The notes beneath the pieces are model-generated. The model worked only from the letters and a program-made list of their open reading frames with translations, had not been told where the DNA came from and made no database searches. DNA of 64,000 nucleotides, from the IMG/VR virus record IMGVR_UViG_3300014059_000004; one strand, given 5' to 3'. A program made the translations under genes and the position numbers. This document shows positions 19,537 through 27,769 of this stretch, piece after piece (positions within the stretch are counted from its first letter, which is position 1; every line of letters starts with the position of its first letter). The stretch comes from a virus.

Positions 19537-20421
19537 ATGAAAAAGAACGTTGATCGACTGTCAGAGATGTGGGAACAGCAACATGATTTCATGAAGCTGC
19601 TGTGCGAACGTCGTGGCTTTCCTCAATTTCCCGTTGACATGAAGACTAAGGTCGGACAACGATTCTTGAAGGGAATAACGTACGATTGCATGGATGAGCT
19701 GTTTGAAGCCAACCAAGAGCTGAAGAACAGCAAGGGTCATCGTGCAACAGAGATTTCCGAGCTAGATCGTGAAGCGTACGTTGAAGAGCTTGTCGATGCA
19801 CTTCACTACTTCTTTGAGATCGTCATTGCATCAGGTGTGACGCTTGATGAGATGCACGAAGCGTACATGAAAAAAGGTGAAGTCAACCGAAAAAGGATCG
19901 AATCAGGGTACTTAGCCCCTGTACATTGCTTAAGGAGTGTTTTATCATGTCTTCACGAGATTGGTTCTCGTGGAAAGGAAAACATTACTATGCTAACTCG
20001 TTACTATGATACGATGAGAAATCCAACCTACAAGTTCGGTGACTTTAACGCAATCTTTGATGACATGCTTTCAATTGATCCATTTAAGTCAGAATCTTCT
20101 ATCTGGACGAAGAAGATCATGAACAATCTACCAGAACCAACGTTTTGGCATGAGAAGACTGAAGAAGGTTCTGCTCTTCACGTTGAACTACCGGGATACA
20201 AGAAAGAAGACGTATCGATAACGCTGCAAGACAAGACTCTTGTTGTCAAGGCTGAACGTAAGATGCCCGGCGGTGCGAAGACTGTCTCGTGGAGCTGGCG
20301 CATTCAGGATACGTACGAGTCCAATCCAACGTTTGCGAAGCTAGCTGATGGCATCCTTACGATAGGATTGAAGAGTAAACAACCACCACCTGAAGAAGCA
20401 CTCAGCATAAAGATCGAGTAA
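19537..20421 (+). CDS. MazG-like all-alpha NTP pyrophosphohydrolase fused to a small heat-shock protein (alpha-crystallin/Hsp20) domain
   Basis: N-terminal 'DCMDELFEA...EAYVEELVDALHYFFE' EExxE-type MazG motifs. C-terminal 'ALHVELPGYKKEDVSITLQDKTLVVKAERK...ILTIGLK' alpha-crystallin domain. Confidence 0.5.
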   Translation: MKKNVDRLSEMWEQQHDFMKLLCERRGFPQFPVDMKTKVGQRFLKGITYDCMDELFEANQELKNSKGHRATEISELDREAYVEELVDALHYFFEIVIASGVTLDEMHEAYMKKGEVNRKRIESGYLAPVHCLRSVLSCLHEIGSRGKENITMLTRYYDTMRNPTYKFGDFNAIFDDMLSIDPFKSESSIWTKKIMNNLPEPTFWHEKTEEGSALHVELPGYKKEDVSITLQDKTLVVKAERKMPGGAKTVSWSWRIQDTYESNPTFAKLADGILTIGLKSKQPPPEEALSIKIE

Positions 20422-20447
20422 GCAAGTACGGCACCTACCTGGTACTC

Positions 20448-20470
20448 AACGCGCGGTAACCCCGCGCGTT
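20448..20470 (+). terminator. perfect 9-bp GC-rich hairpin (aacgcgcgg-taacc-ccgcgcgtt) in the 230-nt intergenic region
   Basis: Inverted repeat seen directly. No U-tract, so it may be a processing or regulatory hairpin rather than an intrinsic terminator. Confidence 0.3.
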
Positions 20471-20634
20471 GCACGTTTAGGGGTTAGTGATCACGTGAGG
20501 GCCCACGAATATATCTCGGTAATTTGATGTGGTTATCCACCCTTGCATTGTTGCAATATTGGTGTGCAAAGCTGCGACTATCGAGTGTGAGAATTATTCT
20601 ATATGAGTTACTAACTTGACGAGATAATTATGAC

Positions 20635-21312
20635 ATGGGAAATAGATCTGATCAAGTTAAAAAGTTGTGGCAAACACCAGAATTTCGTGAAAAAATTATC
20701 GCAGCATCTAAAGACGGAAAAGCGTCGATTGAATCAAAACTTAAGCGTTCTAAAAGCTCAAGTAAATTGTGGTCTGATCCGGATTATTGTGAAAAACAAC
20801 GAATAAAACACAATGAACGAAAGAAAAGATTTGAACAAAAGCGAGTGACTATAACGTGTCTGACGTGTGGAAAAGAATGTAAGGTTAATGCAACAGTTGC
20901 AAAAACTAAGAAGTATTGTTCTCGTCGTTGCGTTATTAACAATCCGGCTTTTAACGTAAATCGAAATTTTTCCAGCAGCACGTGTGCTGCTTGTCAGGCA
21001 GAATTTAAACCAACAGGTGCTAAGCAGTTGTGCTGCACTACATGCGTTCCAAATAATTCAGCAAAATCACGTTGGAATTCGTATAAATTGACTCAACCAA
21101 TGTATGAAATGTTGCTAAGTCAACAGGGAAATTGTTGCGCACTGTGCGAAATTTCATTCAGTAATTTGAATTCAAAAGAAATTCATGTAGATCATGATCA
21201 TACTACAAATAAAATTCGTGGCATATTGTGTATGCGGTGCAATCGTAGCTTGGGTGTGGTAGAGTATATTCCACACTTTTTGGAAAAAGTAGCAACTTAT
21301 GTCAACATTTGA
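20635..21312 (+). CDS. free-standing HNH homing endonuclease
   Basis: 'HVDHDHTTNKIRGILCMRCNRSLG' HNH motif. Multiple CxxC Zn-ribbons. Confidence 0.6.
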   Translation: MGNRSDQVKKLWQTPEFREKIIAASKDGKASIESKLKRSKSSSKLWSDPDYCEKQRIKHNERKKRFEQKRVTITCLTCGKECKVNATVAKTKKYCSRRCVINNPAFNVNRNFSSSTCAACQAEFKPTGAKQLCCTTCVPNNSAKSRWNSYKLTQPMYEMLLSQQGNCCALCEISFSNLNSKEIHVDHDHTTNKIRGILCMRCNRSLGVVEYIPHFLEKVATYVNI

Positions 21313-22252
21313 TATCGATACACGAACAATCATTCGTGTAATTCATGGTTCATATGCATATGGACTCAACATTGCAGGTTCAGATATCGATTACAAGGCT
21401 GTTTGTGTACCTACAAAAGAGCGGTATTTTGGATTTTTGAACAACTTTGAACAGGCTGAGATGATGGCATCAAAAACAGGTGGTGTTGACTCTGTGACCT
21501 TTGCACTTGATAAGTTCGTGCGGCTCGCTGCTGACTGCAACCCAAACATCATAGAGATCCTGTTCGTTGATGACAGCGACGTCCTCGACATCAATTCTTG
21601 GGGCGAAGAGCTCCGTGAGTTCAAAGACAATTTCATATCCAGGAAGGCGAAGCACACTTTCTCGGGCTACGCTCATGCTCAGCTTCATCGCATCAAGAAT
21701 CACCGTGCATGGTTGCTGAACCCTCCCGCGAGCGCTCCAGCACGATCCGATTTTGGGCTGTCCGACGTGTCTCGTGTCTCGAAGAGTGAGCTCGGCGCTT
21801 ACGATTCTGCGATCGAGAGCGGTATTGCTCTCGACGTGCCGAAGAGCGTCTTGACTCTGTTCACAAGGGAAAAGCAGTACGCCGCAGCAAAGACGCACTA
21901 CGACCAGTACGTTCACTGGAAGAAGTCTCGCAATCCTGCTCGAGCAGAGCTCGAAGCAAAGATTGGATATGATAGTAAACATGGCGCGCATCTCATAAGG
22001 TTGATGCGCATGTGCAAGGAGATCCTTGAGACTGGCAAGGTTAACGTGAAGCGTCGATTCGATAGAGAGGAACTTCTGGAGATTCGTAACGGTCATCGTC
22101 CCTACGATAGCCTCATCGAGGAAGCTGAGAGGCTTGAGAGCGATTGTGAAGAGCTGTACAAGACTTCTACAGTGCGCAAAGAGCCCGATCGGGAGAAGAT
22201 CGATGCATGGCTCGTGGATTTCACTGAGCGTTACCTTGCAATTCATGGCTGA
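21299..22252 (+). CDS. Pol-beta-superfamily nucleotidyltransferase
   Basis: 'IHGSYAYGLNIAGSDIDY' matches hG[GS]x9-13Dh[DE]h. GC-richer than the flanking genes. Confidence 0.5.
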   Translation: MSTFDIDTRTIIRVIHGSYAYGLNIAGSDIDYKAVCVPTKERYFGFLNNFEQAEMMASKTGGVDSVTFALDKFVRLAADCNPNIIEILFVDDSDVLDINSWGEELREFKDNFISRKAKHTFSGYAHAQLHRIKNHRAWLLNPPASAPARSDFGLSDVSRVSKSELGAYDSAIESGIALDVPKSVLTLFTREKQYAAAKTHYDQYVHWKKSRNPARAELEAKIGYDSKHGAHLIRLMRMCKEILETGKVNVKRRFDREELLEIRNGHRPYDSLIEEAERLESDCEELYKTSTVRKEPDREKIDAWLVDFTERYLAIHG

Positions 22253-22319
22253 AAATTAGTTTGAACATGGGGCGCACAGAAGGTAAAGTAAGCACATCTA
22301 ACGGAGACGGAGAAAGAAA

Positions 22320-23195
22320 ATGGGAAAGCTCAATCAAGTCATTGCAGTTGAAAAGTCGGTGAAGAACAAGGCTCATGCTGCGATCACTGAGATCTACCAG
22401 AAGATGCAGAAGGCTCCCCTCCTGCAGGGAATTTCGCGGACGTACCGTCCGAAGGACGAGCTTGGTGAGGTTCTTCCGTCTGAGTCGTCCCGTGTTCAGC
22501 TGAATGCTACGGATTTCCTCAAGGAGCTCTCGTCAACCTTGACGGATCTCTTTGACGTCACTGCGACGAAGGATTTCGCGAACTGCGAGGCTCGCACTGA
22601 TCTTACGGTCGGTGATGTGGTTCTTGCGAAGAACGTGCCGGTTACGTACCTTCTCTTCCTCGAGAAGAAGCTGGTTGATCTGCACACGTTCGTCAGCAAG
22701 CTTCCCGTCCTTGACTCTTCGGAGGAGTGGACTCTGGATCCGAATGTGAACTGCTACGCTACGAAGCCGTCCGAGACGACTCGTACGAAGAAGGTCTTTG
22801 TCCCGCTTGTCCTTGCTCCGGCGACTGACAAGCACGCAGCCCAAGTCAAGGAGGGCTACGAGGATCAGGTCGTGGGTTTCTGGAAGACTGTGAAGTTCTC
22901 CGGAGCTCTTCCGGCTCAGCGAGTTGCTGAGCTTCTGGCTCGAGTCGAGAAGCTGCAGCGTGCAGTGAAGTTCGCTCGTGAGGAATGCAACGCTCGTGAA
23001 GCACCACCAGTCCAGGTTGGAGCCCGCGTTTTCGATTACCTGTTCGGTTTATCCGTAACAGGTTTGCGCAAGCTGAAAATCAGCCTTACGCTAACAGAGA
23101 GAGCTAGCAAAATTGTAGGTTCAAATCCTACCCCCTCCACTGACTCACAGTCAAGGAGTGATTCACCTCAAGTTATGCTTGGAACGAATCAATGA
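22320..23195 (+). CDS. hypothetical protein; the 3' end probably runs spuriously into the tRNA-like locus
   Basis: 291-aa ORF in the GC-rich island. Its last 25 codons overlap a tRNA T-arm/acceptor sequence. Confidence 0.35.
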   Translation: MGKLNQVIAVEKSVKNKAHAAITEIYQKMQKAPLLQGISRTYRPKDELGEVLPSESSRVQLNATDFLKELSSTLTDLFDVTATKDFANCEARTDLTVGDVVLAKNVPVTYLLFLEKKLVDLHTFVSKLPVLDSSEEWTLDPNVNCYATKPSETTRTKKVFVPLVLAPATDKHAAQVKEGYEDQVVGFWKTVKFSGALPAQRVAELLARVEKLQRAVKFAREECNAREAPPVQVGARVFDYLFGLSVTGLRKLKISLTLTERASKIVGSNPTPSTDSQSRSDSPQVMLGTNQ

Positions 23196-23243
23196 GGAGG
23201 GGTGGCGGAACTGGCAGACGCACTGGTGATCTCAACTCAACCT
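23115..23243 (+). tRNA. tRNA-like pieces in permuted order: T-arm plus 3' acceptor strand (23115-23139), then 56 nt downstream a perfectly complementary 5' acceptor strand with a tRNA-Leu-like D-arm (23196-23221); the anticodon arm does not fold cleanly
   Basis: 'gtaggttcaaatcctac-cccctcc-a', then 'ggagggg-tg-gcg-gaactggcaga-cgc'. Confidence 0.3.
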
Positions 23244-23326
23244 GAAGCTATCGCAACAGGTTCACTTAGTCGATAAAGGATGCAAGGATCAATCAATCGT
23301 TCACCGGCTGAATATTGCGAACTAGT

Positions 23327-23434
23327 GTGAGTTCAAATCTCACCCGCGCCTCCATGTTCCAACAGGAACAGCTGAAGCAGTAAATAAGGCGCGGTAGCTT
23401 AATGGCAGAGCGAGGTCGTCTAAGGACTGACTGG
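23327..23434 (+). tRNA. circularly permuted tRNA-like gene: 3' half (T-arm, acceptor, CCA; 23327-23354) lies 33 nt upstream of the 5' half (acceptor, D-arm, anticodon arm, variable loop; 23388-23434); joined at 48/49 it gives a 75-nt cloverleaf with anticodon CUA
   Basis: 'gtgag-ttcaaat-ctcac-ccgcgcc-t-cca' and 'ggcgcgg-ta-gctt-aatggca-gagc-g-aggtc-gtCTAag-gactg-actgg'. The acceptor stem is 7/7 complementary. Canonical U8, A14, G18G19, A21 and T54-Psi55-C56 are present. Confidence 0.4.
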
Positions 23435-23503
23435 TGAACTTAAACGTGTGATCCCTTTCTGTAAAAAATCGACGTCAACACGATAAGTTGACTAACTCTA
23501 GAT

Positions 23504-23535
23504 GGCCCGGGTAGGATACACCCGGGCCGTCGCTA
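23504..23535 (+). terminator. GC-rich hairpin (ggcccggg...cccgggcc) followed by 'taatttt'
   Basis: 8-bp perfect stem, 9-nt loop, T-rich tail. Just upstream of pnk. Confidence 0.4.
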
Positions 23536-23582
23536 ATTTTGGGACAGTGCACTTATTGCACTAACAGTGTTAGGATAAAAGA

Positions 23583-24563
23583 ATGAGAACTGTTTTCATC
23601 TTGCGTGGGTTGCCGGGGTGTGGAAAGTCGACTTTCGCAGCGAGCCTCGTTGCAAAGGAGCCAAAGCGCTGGGTTCGCATCAACCGTGATGACCTGAGGT
23701 CTATGTCAGTGGGACCAGCAAACAACCCGCACACCGGTGACAAGACTCGTGAAGAGTTTGTTCGTGAGGCGAAGAACAACCTGCTGTCTGCTGCGTTGAA
23801 GTCCGGTTACGATGTCATCTTGGACGACACGCACCTTGTGCCGCAGACCGTGAAGAAGCTGCACACGTTCGTGGAATCGATCGGCAACGTGAAGGTCATC
23901 GAGAAGTCTTTCAACGTTGACGTAGAAGAGGCAATCGCCCGTGATGCGAAGCGCTCAGGCTTTGCTCACGTGGGTGAGAAGGTCATCCGTGACATGGCTC
24001 GTGGAGCCGGATTGGAAGGTCGACGAAAGCTGCCTGATCGTGAAGTTTACTACCCACCGATCGGTTGCGGCGATCCCCTGACGATCAATCCAGATCTTCC
24101 AACAGCTATCATGGTCGACTTGGACGGTACGCTTGCTCTCATCGGCGATCGTTCGCCTTACGATGCGACCGACTGCGACGAAAAAGATTTGCCGAACTGG
24201 CCTGTCATCAAAACGGTCCTGGCGATGCATGCTCAAGGCGTGAAGATCATCTTCATGAGCGGCCGCGACGTGAAGTATCGTCCAGAAACTGTGCGGTTCA
24301 TCGAGAAGTACTGCCGTGAGATCGATCTGAAGCTCTGGGGCCCGGGCGGTCAGCCAATTCCCTATGAGCTGCACATGCGCGGTGAACTGGATCTGACTAA
24401 AGTTGATCAGCGAAAGGACAGCATCATCAAGGAAGAACTCTTTGATGCTCATGTTCGTGGGAAGTACAACGTTCTGTTCGTTCTTGACGATCGGAATCAG
24501 GTTTGTAGAAAATGGCGTGAATTGGGTCTAACCGTTTTTCAAGTAGCAGAAGGTGATTTTTAG
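23583..24563 (+). CDS. pnk: polynucleotide 5'-kinase/3'-phosphatase (T4 Pnk-like)
   Basis: N-terminal P-loop 'ILRGLPGCGKSTFA...INRDDLR'. C-terminal HAD phosphatase 'IMVDLDGTLA'. Ends '...LDDRNQVCRKWRELGLTVFQVAEGDF', nearly identical in pattern to the T4 Pnk C-terminus. Confidence 0.8.
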   Translation: MRTVFILRGLPGCGKSTFAASLVAKEPKRWVRINRDDLRSMSVGPANNPHTGDKTREEFVREAKNNLLSAALKSGYDVILDDTHLVPQTVKKLHTFVESIGNVKVIEKSFNVDVEEAIARDAKRSGFAHVGEKVIRDMARGAGLEGRRKLPDREVYYPPIGCGDPLTINPDLPTAIMVDLDGTLALIGDRSPYDATDCDEKDLPNWPVIKTVLAMHAQGVKIIFMSGRDVKYRPETVRFIEKYCREIDLKLWGPGGQPIPYELHMRGELDLTKVDQRKDSIIKEELFDAHVRGKYNVLFVLDDRNQVCRKWRELGLTVFQVAEGDF

Positions 24564-24599
24564 CATGTTGCTGTCTGACACGAAAAGGTTTCAGCAACG

Positions 24600-24857
24600 A
24601 TGAGTGCTGTGAAGCACATCATGTTCGGCCTCGTTGCGGTGGAAGACTTTCAAAAAGTCGCTGATCGATTGTACGAACTGGGTGCTGAGGGTGTAGATCA
24701 GCTCTACAGGGACACTAACTCTGTAGAGCTGGCATCTCGGTGCTACGTTCAAGTTAACGAAAGCTGCCATGATTCCATCTTGGATGAACTGAAGAGTTCA
24801 TCCAACGTTTGTGACATCATGATTCCAGCGCAGAGAGTGGTAAGAAAGAGAGCGTAA
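24600..24857 (+). CDS. hypothetical protein
   Basis: 85-aa ORF. Confidence 0.3.
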   Translation: MSAVKHIMFGLVAVEDFQKVADRLYELGAEGVDQLYRDTNSVELASRCYVQVNESCHDSILDELKSSSNVCDIMIPAQRVVRKRA

Positions 24858-24858
24858 C

Positions 24859-25644
24859 GTGAAAAAATACGATCGTACCCGACACATTCGAGGAAGTCGT
24901 TTCCAACACGGAGACGATGATCTTGAAGCTGTTCCGTGGGAAGATCTTGCTGGCAAGAATCTTGTCGTAGAAGAAAAAATTGATGGCGCAAATGTTGGTA
25001 TCAGCTTTGAAGATCAACGCTTGATGCTGCAATCACGAGGGCACTACCTTAGAGGTGGTCCTCGTGAGACTCAATTCAACCTTTTGAAGCAATGGGCAAC
25101 TTCAAAGACAGAAGATCTGTACTGCGTTCTCGAAGATCGTTACGTTATGTTCGGTGAGTGGATGTATGCATGTCACACCATGTTTTACGATGCATTGCCT
25201 CACTACTTCATGGAGTTTGACGTATACGATCGAGACACAAATCTCTACCTTGATACGCCGTCCAGAATGCAGCTTTTGGCACCGCTAAACTTGCAGTCTG
25301 TGTTGGTCTTGAAGAGCGGAAAGTTCTTGAAGTTGAAAGAGCTTCAGTCTCTCATCCTTAGATCAAACTTCGTGACTGATCAACGTAATGAAAATTACGT
25401 GAAGTCTGCCAGAGCAGCGTACCCAGAAAAGACAGATGAAGAGATCCTAGCGAAACTTGACAAGAACGACACGATGGAAGGCCTCTACGTGAAATGGGAA
25501 GAAGGAGGTTATGTCCGTGGACGTTACAAGTTTGTTCGTGAATCATTCATTTCGTCTATTACGGGTCAAGAAGAACATTGGCGTGACAGACCAATTGTTC
25601 CGAATTGCCTGACGCCGCTAGCGTTGGAAAAAATGTTCGAATAA
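24859..25644 (+). CDS. ATP-dependent RNA ligase-like nucleotidyltransferase
   Basis: Motif I 'EEKIDGANVGI' (KxDGxN). Motif IV 'EGLYVKWEEGG' (EGxVxK). Confidence 0.55.
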   Translation: MKKYDRTRHIRGSRFQHGDDDLEAVPWEDLAGKNLVVEEKIDGANVGISFEDQRLMLQSRGHYLRGGPRETQFNLLKQWATSKTEDLYCVLEDRYVMFGEWMYACHTMFYDALPHYFMEFDVYDRDTNLYLDTPSRMQLLAPLNLQSVLVLKSGKFLKLKELQSLILRSNFVTDQRNENYVKSARAAYPEKTDEEILAKLDKNDTMEGLYVKWEEGGYVRGRYKFVRESFISSITGQEEHWRDRPIVPNCLTPLALEKMFE

Positions 25645-26513
25645 CGGAGTATTATTCACGCATGCCAAAAATTGCATGGGCCACAGATATCCACCTTGAC
25701 ACTCTGGAGAAAACGCCAGAGAAGATCGTTCAGTTCGCAGAATCGTTGATCGTCGATCAACCAGATGCAATCGTTTTGACGGGTGATCTTTCAACGTACG
25801 CTGATCTAACGTACCACCTGTCTATCATCGAACGTGTTGTCCAGCGACCTGTTTACTTCGTCCTTGGAAATCATGATTTCTGGGGCGGCGGCGTCTCTGA
25901 CGTTCGTCTTGAGATGAAGAACCTCAGCAACATGTCGCAGTTCTTGCGATACTTGCCGAACACTCCGTACGTGACGTTGTCACCAACAACAGCTCTTGTT
26001 GGTCATGACTGTTGGTACGATGCGGGCTACGGGTCACCGATGACAAGCACGATGATCATGAATGACTGGATCAGGGTGAAAGATTTTGCCGTAGAGCACT
26101 GCGTCACGTACGGAGATACGTACGGATCATACAAGACTAACAAACCTAAGGTCATCGAGATCTCGAAGAAGCTAGCGTCTGAAGGTACAGCGCACATCAT
26201 CAATGGCATAAAAACAGCGGCAAAGTATCACAAAGTGATCATGATTGCCACGCACTTTCCACCATTCCAAGAGACTCATCTCTACAATGGTAAAGTTGGC
26301 GATGCAGCTGCACAGCCATGGTACACGAACAAGATGCTCGGTGACGTTCTTCGTCAAGCAGCATCACAGCTTCCAAAGGTCAGGTTTGAGGTCTTTGCTG
26401 GTCACACTCATGGGAAGTGTGACATGCAGATCAGCGACAACTTGTTTGTTCACGTTGGCGAAGCCGAGTACAAGCAACCACGCTTGCAGAATGTCATCAC
26501 GGTGCCTTTATGA
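25605..26513 (+). CDS. calcineurin-like metallophosphoesterase (alternative start 25662 'MPKIAW')
   Basis: 'DIHLD', 'LTGDLSTY' and 'VLGNHDFW' metallophosphatase motifs. Confidence 0.6.
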   Translation: MPDAASVGKNVRITEYYSRMPKIAWATDIHLDTLEKTPEKIVQFAESLIVDQPDAIVLTGDLSTYADLTYHLSIIERVVQRPVYFVLGNHDFWGGGVSDVRLEMKNLSNMSQFLRYLPNTPYVTLSPTTALVGHDCWYDAGYGSPMTSTMIMNDWIRVKDFAVEHCVTYGDTYGSYKTNKPKVIEISKKLASEGTAHIINGIKTAAKYHKVIMIATHFPPFQETHLYNGKVGDAAAQPWYTNKMLGDVLRQAASQLPKVRFEVFAGHTHGKCDMQISDNLFVHVGEAEYKQPRLQNVITVPL

Positions 26514-27337
26514 GCTCGCCATGGTACGTTGAAACATTCAACGACGGCGTTGCAATAAGAGCAGATTCAACGCAGCCGGCTTTGATGGATTACGTCAAAG
26601 AGCTAGCTGGACCAGTCCCATTGATCATCGCTGATCCACCGTACGGAAATGTCGTGAAAGACAAGTGGGATCGAGTTGATGATACAGCTGATGCTTTTGC
26701 AGGCTGGATGACTTCTTGGACGCATGCATGGAAAGATGCATGCCTCGCTCCAGGAGCAGCTTTCTACGTGTGGGGCGGAATTGGATCACCAGGCTTCAGG
26801 CCTTTCTTTGCTTACGTCATGAAAGCAGAGGTTGAGGGCAAATTTGAGCTAGCTAACTTGATAACTTGGAAGAAGCGTCGTGCGTATGGGTTGAAGTACA
26901 ACTACCTCTTCACACGAGAAGAGTGCGCGTACTTTGTTAACGGCACGTCGAAAGCACCTCGAAAGTTCAACATTCCGTTGCTCGATGAGAAGCGTGGTTA
27001 CAGCGGGTACAACAAGAAGTACCCAGCAAAGAGCGAGTTCTACCGCAGGTCAAACGTGTGGACTGACATCAATGAGATCATGCATGGAAAGTTTCATCCC
27101 ACAGAGAAGAAGCAACGATTGCACGAGATCATGATAGAAGTTCACACAGATCCGGGTGAGTGGGTCGTCGATCCGTTCGCTGGATCTGGTGTCACGGCTT
27201 TTGCAGCCAGAAAATTGGGAAGAAAATTTGTGATCATTGAATCAGACCCGGCGTACTTTGATTCCACGGTCCGCCGCCTCCGCGGCAACAACGTAAAGGA
27301 AGAAAACACAGATGAACGATCAACAGACGAACCTTGA
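26510..27337 (+). CDS. DNA N6-adenine/N4-cytosine methyltransferase (beta class)
   Basis: Catalytic 'IIADPPYG'. AdoMet motif 'VVDPFAGSGVTAFAA' at the C-terminus. Confidence 0.7.
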   Translation: MSSPWYVETFNDGVAIRADSTQPALMDYVKELAGPVPLIIADPPYGNVVKDKWDRVDDTADAFAGWMTSWTHAWKDACLAPGAAFYVWGGIGSPGFRPFFAYVMKAEVEGKFELANLITWKKRRAYGLKYNYLFTREECAYFVNGTSKAPRKFNIPLLDEKRGYSGYNKKYPAKSEFYRRSNVWTDINEIMHGKFHPTEKKQRLHEIMIEVHTDPGEWVVDPFAGSGVTAFAARKLGRKFVIIESDPAYFDSTVRRLRGNNVKEENTDERSTDEP

Positions 27338-27608
27338 GGGTGTAGAGATCAGTGAAGAGAATCTTCGAGCAGATCGACACGCAGTGTCACGAAGCATCTC
27401 GTTCGCTGAAGACAGGCGAAAGAGGTTGCAGAATCTCGTTTCACGGAAGTCTTCAGCTAAGTGGAAGGCAGAAAAAGCTACGAAGATGATCAGGCGCCTC
27501 GTTGCAACTGATCGGATCATCGATGCTGGAAACCAAGCGTTGATCATGATCGATGCAAAGCTTCTTGAGATGAAGAGCGAAAAGAAGTTACGTAACAATC
27601 ATTGCTAA
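27312..27608 (+). CDS. hypothetical protein
   Basis: 98-aa ORF. Confidence 0.3.
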   Translation: MNDQQTNLEGVEISEENLRADRHAVSRSISFAEDRRKRLQNLVSRKSSAKWKAEKATKMIRRLVATDRIIDAGNQALIMIDAKLLEMKSEKKLRNNHC

Positions 27609-27616
27609 AAGTTAAC

Positions 27617-27650
27617 GTGGGCCTGGGAAACCGGGCCCACAGTGCTTTCT
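27617..27650 (+). terminator. 10-bp hairpin with GAAA tetraloop (gtgggcctgg-gaaa-ccgggcccac)
   Basis: Inverted repeat immediately after the 27312-27608 stop. 160-nt intergenic spacer follows. Confidence 0.4.
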
Positions 27651-27769
27651 AGAGAATGAATGTATTAGTACTGTGTATCTAGCAAACGATTTTTTAAGAT
27701 TATTCTGTGCAGTTACCGTGCAAACTATGGGCCTTGTAGATGGTCACCAACCTGGGATACAGTGATTAG

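Noticed and set aside
21470-22246. 258-aa minus-strand ORF antisense to the nucleotidyltransferase gene.
   Set aside because: It lies in the GC-rich island where stop codons are depleted on all frames. There are no motifs or RBS. It is a shadow ORF of the well-supported + strand NTase gene.
23040-23200. Attempt to fold a conventional collinear tRNA ending at the 23139 acceptor/T-arm, including class II variants.
   Set aside because: No complementary 5' acceptor strand, D-arm or anticodon stem was found in the 100 nt upstream. Only an imperfect hairpin at 23066-23091. The matching 5' strand is downstream instead.
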